Below are positions 7,761 through 13,764 of a stretch of 13,764 bases of DNA, one piece after another. Origin of the DNA: an uncultured Pseudomonadota bacterium (GTDB taxonomy: Bacteria; SAR324; NAC60-12); assembly GCA_913020725.1 (NCBI GenBank), contig CAJWCD010000102.1:1-13764 (forward strand), given 5' to 3'. Position 1 is the first letter of the stretch; every line of letters begins with the position of its first letter. Position numbers and translations under genes: made by a program. The notes beneath the pieces are model-generated. The model did not search any database. It was not told the DNA's origin and was given only the letters and a program-made list of their open reading frames with translations.

Positions 7761-8167
7761 GAGTAACATTGTTCGGGCATCACGCCCTGAGCAAGTCAGG
7801 GGGGGAATGTGCTAGTATTTTTTTCTCTTCAAAAAGTCACGGTGGACGCCAACTTCCACACCGACTGACTCCAAGTTTTCTTTATCTTCAGGAAGTTGCG
7901 GGGCACTTCCGGACAGGAACCCCGCCTTGTTCTACACTGTCTGCTAAATTAGCCCACCTCGGCACATCCCCTCAAACTTACCCGCCGTGCCTTCTGGGGT
8001 TTCTGGGAGGCACGGTTTGCACAAACCGGATCGGTTCCTACTCCGTTTCAACAGCCCCCAATTTCTTGAAGCCTGTCGCCCATCGTTCCCAGATTTTGCA
8101 TCAGGCACGGTGATTGGCTCCGCAATGTTCCGGCAAGCTGCCTCAAACCCAAAACTAAAAAGCATCC

Positions 8168-8629
8168 ATGTCTGTAGAAGCACGGCTGAAATCCCTTGGC
8201 ATCGAACTCCCAAAATCCCCGTCTCCGCTTGCCAACTACGTCCCTTTTGTGATCACAGGCAACCTGCTGTACTTGTCTGGGCAAGGGCCGCGTGAGGCGG
8301 ACGGCAGCTTTCACACGGGCAAGGTGGGACAGGAGGTCACGATCGAGCAAGCCTATCAGGATGCCCGCCTCACGGGACTCAACCTGCTTGCAGTCATGCA
8401 GGGGGCGCTGGGCGAACTTGACCGCATAGAGCGCGTGGTCAAGCTGCTCGGCATGGTGAACGGCACTCCAGATTTTCTGGAGCACCCGCAAGTCATCAAC
8501 GGTTGCTCGGATTTGATGGTGGAGGTTTTTGAGGAAAAGGGCCGCCACGCCCGTTCCGCCGTCGGCATGGGATCGCTGCCTAACAACATCACCGTTGAAG
8601 TCGAGGCTATCGTCGAAATCCGGGTCTGA
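8168..8629 (+). CDS. RidA/YjgF/UK114 family protein (long, Rid1-like subfamily), 153 aa
   Basis: ANYVPFVITGNLLYLSGQGP, VVKLLGMVN, VINGCSDLMVEVF, GRHARSAVGMGSLP and VEVEAIVE. Confidence 0.95.
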   Translation: MSVEARLKSLGIELPKSPSPLANYVPFVITGNLLYLSGQGPREADGSFHTGKVGQEVTIEQAYQDARLTGLNLLAVMQGALGELDRIERVVKLLGMVNGTPDFLEHPQVINGCSDLMVEVFEEKGRHARSAVGMGSLPNNITVEVEAIVEIRV

Positions 8630-8807
8630 ACGGTCCCTCGTGCGCTTCCAAACAGCAACTGGATTCAAACGACTTTTGGTGCTGGCGAGCTGCCATTCCG
8701 CCATTCCCTTTTTTCAATCCGGCTTGAGGTTCCCCGTCGTTTTCCATAGCGTGTGAGGATGCTTGCATTCAGAGTTGGAACAAGCCTCCACCTGTTGACA
8801 AACCTTC

Positions 8808-9953
8808 ATGGCTGAAGCAGAAACCGAGTCGGAATCCCCCAATTCCGGGATGTTCACCGCCTCCGGAGTGCCCGGTGCAGTGGTGAATCTTGAGCCGGAG
8901 TGCCGCACTCGTGCCAGCGAGTTGTTGGAGGGACTGGAAGTGCTGATGACGCGGTTGGCAAGCGATGAACGGCTTTACGGCGCAGCCACGCAGCTCAAAA
9001 CGCAGTTGGTGGATGAATTCTACACCAATGGGACTCCGGCCAACAACCTGTCTCATGCGTTTTCCCTGCATGGTCCCAACGAGAGCCAGCTTCCCGTGGA
9101 GGTTTTTCAGGAACAAGCGGCCCAGCAGGTGAACGCCGCAGGGTTTCAGAATCGCACCCGTCTCAAGGTACGCCGCACGCTGGCAACGGTCCGGGAACTT
9201 CAGAACGCTTACCCGGAACGCGCGGAGTTGCAGGAACTCGTTGGTTTGCTGGACGATCTCGATCTAGACGGCACGGCCACCGAGATGCTGCAAAACGTGC
9301 AAGGACTCACGAACACGGGGGTGTTTGAACGCTACCTCCAAGCCAAAGCGCAGTTCCTCTCCGATTGGGAGCAGCATCAAGAATCCTCACATGCGCAAAG
9401 TGATCCTGCGCCCTTCACTCCAGAGGATTTGATGGCCACGATGCAGGCGCTGCACTTTCAGGAGCGTCGGCTGGTGAATCACCCGGAAGTCATCCGCTAC
9501 AAGGATTACCACTACTTCCGGCGTTTTAATTTGGCATGCGACCGCACCGTCAGTTCGCTCCACACAGAGTTCTGGGGCGACGATGCCATGCGCGAGCATT
9601 TCATTGATTTTGTCCAGCGCATCCGCGATGGCTTCCCCAACCCCACTCCGTTTTTCGTGTTCCGCTTCAAGGATTCCTTCACCTACCTGTTGCTGGGTTT
9701 TCCGGATGACAGGTTGCTCGTCTCGCTTGCGGAACAGTCGGAGCAAGCCCCCGTGCACGCAAAACTTCTGCTCCGGCAATCCAACCACGCCTACCGCGAG
9801 CTTTTTGCAGAACTGGAGGAGGCGCCCTCTGCGTTCCACAACTGCCTCAAGGAGGCGACGCGCCCCTTCGTGAACCAGCTCAACACCCAGCTTGGGCTGG
9901 AACTTCCGGAAGAGTTCACCCAGTTCTTCAATGTTGAGGCCGCAGCGGAATGA
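8808..9953 (+). CDS. Hypothetical protein, 381 aa
   Basis: Long ORF with protein-like composition whose stop overlaps the obgE start (ATGA 9950-9953). No motif recognised; exact start uncertain. Confidence 0.85.
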   Translation: MAEAETESESPNSGMFTASGVPGAVVNLEPECRTRASELLEGLEVLMTRLASDERLYGAATQLKTQLVDEFYTNGTPANNLSHAFSLHGPNESQLPVEVFQEQAAQQVNAAGFQNRTRLKVRRTLATVRELQNAYPERAELQELVGLLDDLDLDGTATEMLQNVQGLTNTGVFERYLQAKAQFLSDWEQHQESSHAQSDPAPFTPEDLMATMQALHFQERRLVNHPEVIRYKDYHYFRRFNLACDRTVSSLHTEFWGDDAMREHFIDFVQRIRDGFPNPTPFFVFRFKDSFTYLLLGFPDDRLLVSLAEQSEQAPVHAKLLLRQSNHAYRELFAELEEAPSAFHNCLKEATRPFVNQLNTQLGLELPEEFTQFFNVEAAAE

Positions 9954-11020
9954 AGTTCGTTGATTCGGTCAAAATCCATGTCCGCTCCGGTCCGGGTGGT
10001 CCGGGTTGCACTGCGTTCCGGCGGGAAAAATTTGTACCGCTAGGTGGACCGAGCGGTGGAGACGGCGGCAAGGGCGGAGACGTTTATTTTGTCGGTGATC
10101 CGAACAAGACCACGCTGCTTGACCTCTCCTTTCAGCAGCACCAACACGCCGAGAGCGGCTTTGCGGGTGGTGGGCAAGATCGGCACGGACGCGCCGGGCA
10201 CGACCTCCACATTTCAGTGCCGTTGGGAACCGTGGTTTTGGACGAGGAATCCCGCGAGGTGATGCTGGAGGTGGTCGCTGAAAAACCCTATCGATTTCTC
10301 GACGGCGGACGCGGCGGACGCGGCAACACCCGCTTCAAGTCCTCCACCAACCGCGCTCCGGATTACCACCAGCCCGGCGAGGAGGGCACGGAACTTTGGG
10401 TGCGGCTCGAACTCAAGCTGATGGCCGACATCGGTTTGGTCGGCTTTCCCAATGCCGGAAAGTCTACGCTCATCAGCCGCGTTTCCCATGCCCGTCCTAA
10501 GATCGCCGATTATCCCTTCACCACCCTCATTCCTAATCTTGGTGTGGTGCAGCATCCGGATCACGATGCCTTTGTGATTGCGGACATTCCCGGCATCATC
10601 GAGGGGGCGCACGCAGGTCGGGGCTTGGGTGATCGTTTCCTGCGGCACATTGAGCGCACCGCCTTGCTGGTGCTGCTGCTCGATGTCTCCGGATTCAGCG
10701 AACACGAACCGTGGGTGGAGTACGAAACGCTGTTGCACGAGCTTGCAGAGTTCTCTCCCAAGCTCCCCGAAAAACCGCGCAGAATCGCCCTCACGAAGCT
10801 GGACGCCGCCGTTGAGGACGAAGACCTTGATGCGTTGCAAAACCGTCTTGAGGCGCAAGACGAGCAGGTTTTCCGGATTTCTGCGGTTTCCGGGCGCGGC
10901 CTCCCTGAACTCACCCGCGATTTGGCCCAAGCCGTTGAGGCCGAGCGCATTCGCCGCCAGCAGGAACCCCTGGAAGCGGAAAGTGCAACCACCGCTTCCG
11001 TCTGGGAGGACTGGGAGTGA
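9950..11020 (+). CDS. obgE: GTPase ObgE/CgtA, 356 aa
   Basis: MKFVDSVKI, Gly-rich Obg domain (FRREKFVPLGGPSGGDGGKGGDV), G1 GFPNAGKST, G2 YPFTT, G3 DIPG and G4 TKLD. Confidence 0.98.
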   Translation: MKFVDSVKIHVRSGPGGPGCTAFRREKFVPLGGPSGGDGGKGGDVYFVGDPNKTTLLDLSFQQHQHAESGFAGGGQDRHGRAGHDLHISVPLGTVVLDEESREVMLEVVAEKPYRFLDGGRGGRGNTRFKSSTNRAPDYHQPGEEGTELWVRLELKLMADIGLVGFPNAGKSTLISRVSHARPKIADYPFTTLIPNLGVVQHPDHDAFVIADIPGIIEGAHAGRGLGDRFLRHIERTALLVLLLDVSGFSEHEPWVEYETLLHELAEFSPKLPEKPRRIALTKLDAAVEDEDLDALQNRLEAQDEQVFRISAVSGRGLPELTRDLAQAVEAERIRRQQEPLEAESATTASVWEDWE

Positions 11021-11328
11021 CTTGGACGCAAGCACAACTCAAGGATTGGCTTCAGCAACACACCGGGGCGCAGGTGCGCTTGGAACAGCACGGGGGTGGC
11101 TTGCGGATTCAAGGCACCGTCTTGTCGGTTGAGGAAGTGGACCTCTGCGGACGCCTGCTCACGGAAATCTCTCTGCAAGCAACGGTTGCCGGGTTGGAGA
11201 TTGTGCTGACCTTGCACCAAGAGCGTGTGGGCATTCAGGTTGCCCATCAATCTACAGGTGAAACAACGCTCAACTTCGCGCTTGACGCACCCTACGAACG
11301 GCTGACCGCGACTGAAGTTTTGGGCTGA
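11017..11328 (+). CDS. Hypothetical protein, 103 aa, predicted mostly beta
   Basis: GTG start overlaps the obgE stop (GTGA 11017-11020), with GGAGG RBS upstream. It fills the gap between obgE and the next gene. Confidence 0.75.
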   Translation: MTWTQAQLKDWLQQHTGAQVRLEQHGGGLRIQGTVLSVEEVDLCGRLLTEISLQATVAGLEIVLTLHQERVGIQVAHQSTGETTLNFALDAPYERLTATEVLG

Positions 11329-11361
11329 GGACTGCTCGGAAAATCAGTTGCAGAGGTCCGT

Positions 11362-12036
11362 ATGTCGACCATGTCTAAACAGGAAACTCCGGAGATCCCC
11401 CAACTGCGCCGCAAGGAGCGTTTTGGGATTTGGCTGCTCACGGTGCTGCTGCGAACCACCGCGCTGACTTCACGGGTGGTCGTCCGCAACATGGAAGTGG
11501 CGGAAGCGGCCCGCGAGCAGCACGGCGCGTTTCTCGTCTCCACGTGGCATCAGGACATCTTCTTCAGCATCTGGATGTTCCGGAGCCTGCACCTCACCGC
11601 CTTGGTCAGCGCAAGCCGGGACGGGGAGGCGATCTATCAGGTGATGCGCCGCTTCAACTTCAAGGCCACGCGGGGTTCCTCCAATCGCGGCGGGACGGAG
11701 GGCTTGCTGGACACCCTCAACGTGCTGAACTCCGGGGAGAGCATCGCCATTGCCCCGGATGGCCCGCTGGGTCCGCCTTTGGAAGCCAAACCCGGCATCG
11801 TGCTGCTGGCAAAGCAGGCCAAGGTGCCCATCCTGCCGTGGAGCTACACCTGCAAACGCGAGTGGCGGCTGAAGACGTGGGACCGGCACCGCCTGCCCCA
11901 ACCGTTCAACCGCATCGAGGGGGCGTTTGGCGAACCCCTGCTGGTGCCTCCGGATTCACCTCCCGACGAAATCCCCCGCTACTGCCGCAAGCTCGAAGAC
12001 GCGATGCGGCGCGTGTCCTACGAACTGCGCTCCTGA
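11362..12036 (+). CDS. Lysophospholipid acyltransferase family protein (DUF374-type), 224 aa
   Basis: WH motif, LVSASRDGE, RGSSNRGG, IAPDGPLGP and KTWDR..LPQPF. GAGG RBS upstream. Confidence 0.9.
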   Translation: MSTMSKQETPEIPQLRRKERFGIWLLTVLLRTTALTSRVVVRNMEVAEAAREQHGAFLVSTWHQDIFFSIWMFRSLHLTALVSASRDGEAIYQVMRRFNFKATRGSSNRGGTEGLLDTLNVLNSGESIAIAPDGPLGPPLEAKPGIVLLAKQAKVPILPWSYTCKREWRLKTWDRHRLPQPFNRIEGAFGEPLLVPPDSPPDEIPRYCRKLEDAMRRVSYELRS

Positions 12037-12045
12037 GCCTGTTTT

Positions 12046-13083
12046 TCAAAGTTGAAGGTGCTCCTGAAAAAATCCCAGCAGCTGCGCTTCAAATTCTCGT
12101 AACCCTTTCCTCAAAGTTTTCTGCGCGGCCTCCTGCTGTTCTGCCGTACTGAGGTCATCCGGGGTTTTCGAGAGCAGCCGCTTTGCAGTCCATGTTTTGC
12201 GGGCGACAGGCTTCCCTGACTCATCTTGCACGAGCAGTGTGAGATAGACCGTGGCCATGCCCTTGAAGAGCTGGAACTGCCCGGAGTATTCGTCAATCTG
12301 GACTTTGAGGGAGGGAGCTAGAATCCGGAAGGACTCGGCGTGGGTCGTGTCGTCCTCAACGCTTGCACCCTGCTCACGTAACAGCACCGCCAGATGCTCC
12401 CGCAGATCCTGATGCAATCCTGCGGGTTTTGCGGCTTCAGCAACGACCAGCCGCACCGGATGCCAGTCGGCTCCAACGGATTTGTTCGCTTTGGCATCCG
12501 GGGTTTCCTCCACCTTAGGACGCTCCATGCGTGCCAGCACCATGTGCTGCCGTTCCGGAATCCAGAAAAAATGTTCAAAGCGCACGTTCTTGAGTTCAAT
12601 GGTCGCGCCCTTCTCGCGGAGTTCCTGCCAGAACTGCCGGTTCCCGGATTCTCCCTCCATGTCCTGTTCCCGGTACAAACGTCCCACCGTGAGGGAGCGG
12701 ATTCGCACCGCGATGCGCTTGCGTAGATCGTCGCGGGCACGGGTTTCGGCCAAGGCGCGACAGGAGTTGAGGTTGGCGCAGTCATCCACAAAGGCCATCC
12801 CGCACCAGAACTCCGTCTCGCAATCCCGCGGAGTCTCCGAACTCCACGCGGGACGTGTCTCACCCTCCCTCAAGGTGACCATCGCAGCTTTCTTTTCAGG
12901 TTCTGCTTCCTTGGATCCAGCAGGTGCTCCTGATACCCCTTCACGCAAGCCTGCGCTTTCGAGGTCGCTTTGGTGCTGCGCTTGGGCCTCCGCCAGCTTG
13001 GCCTGTGGGTCGGCTGGTTGTGAAGGGCCACATGCCGCCAGCGCCCCCAGCAGCGCCACTCCCCAAAAATATCCCGCTCTCAT
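12046..13083 (-). CDS. Lipoprotein with an LPP20-like segment, 345 aa
   Basis: Lipobox LLGALAA-C, a low-complexity linker, a PAW motif and ALAETRARDDLRKRIAVRIRS (LPP20-like helix). GGAGG RBS; the start overlaps the upstream stop (13080-13083). Confidence 0.8.
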   Translation of the reverse strand: MRAGYFWGVALLGALAACGPSQPADPQAKLAEAQAQHQSDLESAGLREGVSGAPAGSKEAEPEKKAAMVTLREGETRPAWSSETPRDCETEFWCGMAFVDDCANLNSCRALAETRARDDLRKRIAVRIRSLTVGRLYREQDMEGESGNRQFWQELREKGATIELKNVRFEHFFWIPERQHMVLARMERPKVEETPDAKANKSVGADWHPVRLVVAEAAKPAGLHQDLREHLAVLLREQGASVEDDTTHAESFRILAPSLKVQIDEYSGQFQLFKGMATVYLTLLVQDESGKPVARKTWTAKRLLSKTPDDLSTAEQQEAAQKTLRKGLREFEAQLLGFFQEHLQL

Positions 13084-13628
13084 AACACCTCCGCGATGCG
13101 CTCCAGAAAATCCGGGGGCGAACCTTCCATCACCAACCTAACCCGGTGTTCCGAATCGACCACCACGATGGTGGGAAAAATCAACATGGTCCCGTACCGC
13201 TTGGCTTGCTGGAACACTCCGGCGCGAGCGAATTTCTTGGTGAGGGTTCCGATCTCGTCAAAATACACCTGTGCTTCTTGAATCCCAAGCTCACGGACAA
13301 AGCGGAGGATTTGACGTTCACTGTCCGGGGAGTCCTGAATCCCCAACTCTCGCACATACGGGTCCACGAACAGCAGCCGCTCCGTGGCCTCACGCTCGCG
13401 CATCAGCTGGAGCAGTGCGGGCATCTCCCGAACGCACGGCGGACAGCGTGTGAAGAAGAAGGACAACACCACCGGCCCGCTTGCCTTGCGGGAGTCGAAG
13501 CGCTCTCCGGCCAGGCTGCGGATTCGGAACGGGTGCACCTCGCGGTCCTCGGCCCATCCTGTTGCAGCACAGATCAGCCAGACGACCATACCAAGGGCAA
13601 GGCTTCGTTGAAAAAGTAGATAATTCAT
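13080..13628 (-). CDS. TlpA/ResA-like exported thioredoxin-fold protein, 182 aa
   Basis: Signal peptide (ATGWA cleavage), PVVLSFFFTRCPPCVREMPAL (CxxC) and the cis-Pro loop IFPTIVVVD. Confidence 0.9.
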   Translation of the reverse strand: MNYLLFQRSLALGMVVWLICAATGWAEDREVHPFRIRSLAGERFDSRKASGPVVLSFFFTRCPPCVREMPALLQLMREREATERLLFVDPYVRELGIQDSPDSERQILRFVRELGIQEAQVYFDEIGTLTKKFARAGVFQQAKRYGTMLIFPTIVVVDSEHRVRLVMEGSPPDFLERIAEVL

Positions 13629-13764
13629 CCGGAGCAGCAGCAGATCTCAACGTCCACGTAAGAAAAAAAGGCCAAGTGAGCCTTTCGGTTTCTGGCGCGG
13701 TGATTACAGACGTTGGACAACCTGTTTATGCAACAGATGATAATGTGTTTGTTTTTCAACACAA

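Noticed and set aside
7890..7930. Cobalamin riboswitch or SRP RNA (minus-strand GCCCCGCAACT, GTCCGGAAG)
   Set aside because: Only isolated words match; the other conserved elements and their spacing are missing.
8102..8118. Sigma-54 promoter (AGGCACG-N4-TTGG); also TGGCAC at 1223-1228
   Set aside because: The essential -12 GC dinucleotide is not at the required spacing in either case.
8650..8710. tRNA-Leu-like words on the minus strand (GGCGGAATGGCAG...CAAAA...GTTTGAATCC)
   Set aside because: The acceptor, anticodon and T stems do not pair. The resemblance comes partly from a short GCCATTCC tandem repeat.
1738..13650. Many long antisense or alternate-frame ORFs (e.g. 2096-3163, 6295-7227, 8048-8704, 10214-11035, 11430-12152)
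   Set aside because: They are shadows of well-supported genes in GC-rich coding sequence and have no motifs of their own.

Overview
Bacterial chromosomal window with two parts. The left ~1.25 kb is noticeably more AT-rich and looks decayed. It holds the probable right end of an IS4-family element, a 20-codon gene stub, one ATTCCC-N8-GGGAAT palindromic repeat, and an HD-domain pseudogene that has an in-frame TAG and is fused in frame to the C-terminus of a class-III aminotransferase. The rest is GC-richer and mostly intact: aconitase A (acnA), an McrA-type HNH endonuclease, a small convergent secreted protein, a lone xanthine-dehydrogenase-family molybdopterin subunit, a ~450-bp structured intergenic region, and a RidA-family gene. 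These are followed by an unusual cluster (381-aa unknown - obgE - 103-aa possibly Sm-fold unknown - DUF374-type acyltransferase) and, on the minus strand, a TlpA-like thioredoxin coupled to an LPP20-like lipoprotein. No CRISPR array, rRNA or credible tRNA was seen. No complete novel system is demonstrable from the sequence alone. The best leads are the atypical obgE cluster, the structured 7714-8167 spacer and the HD/aminotransferase deletion scar.
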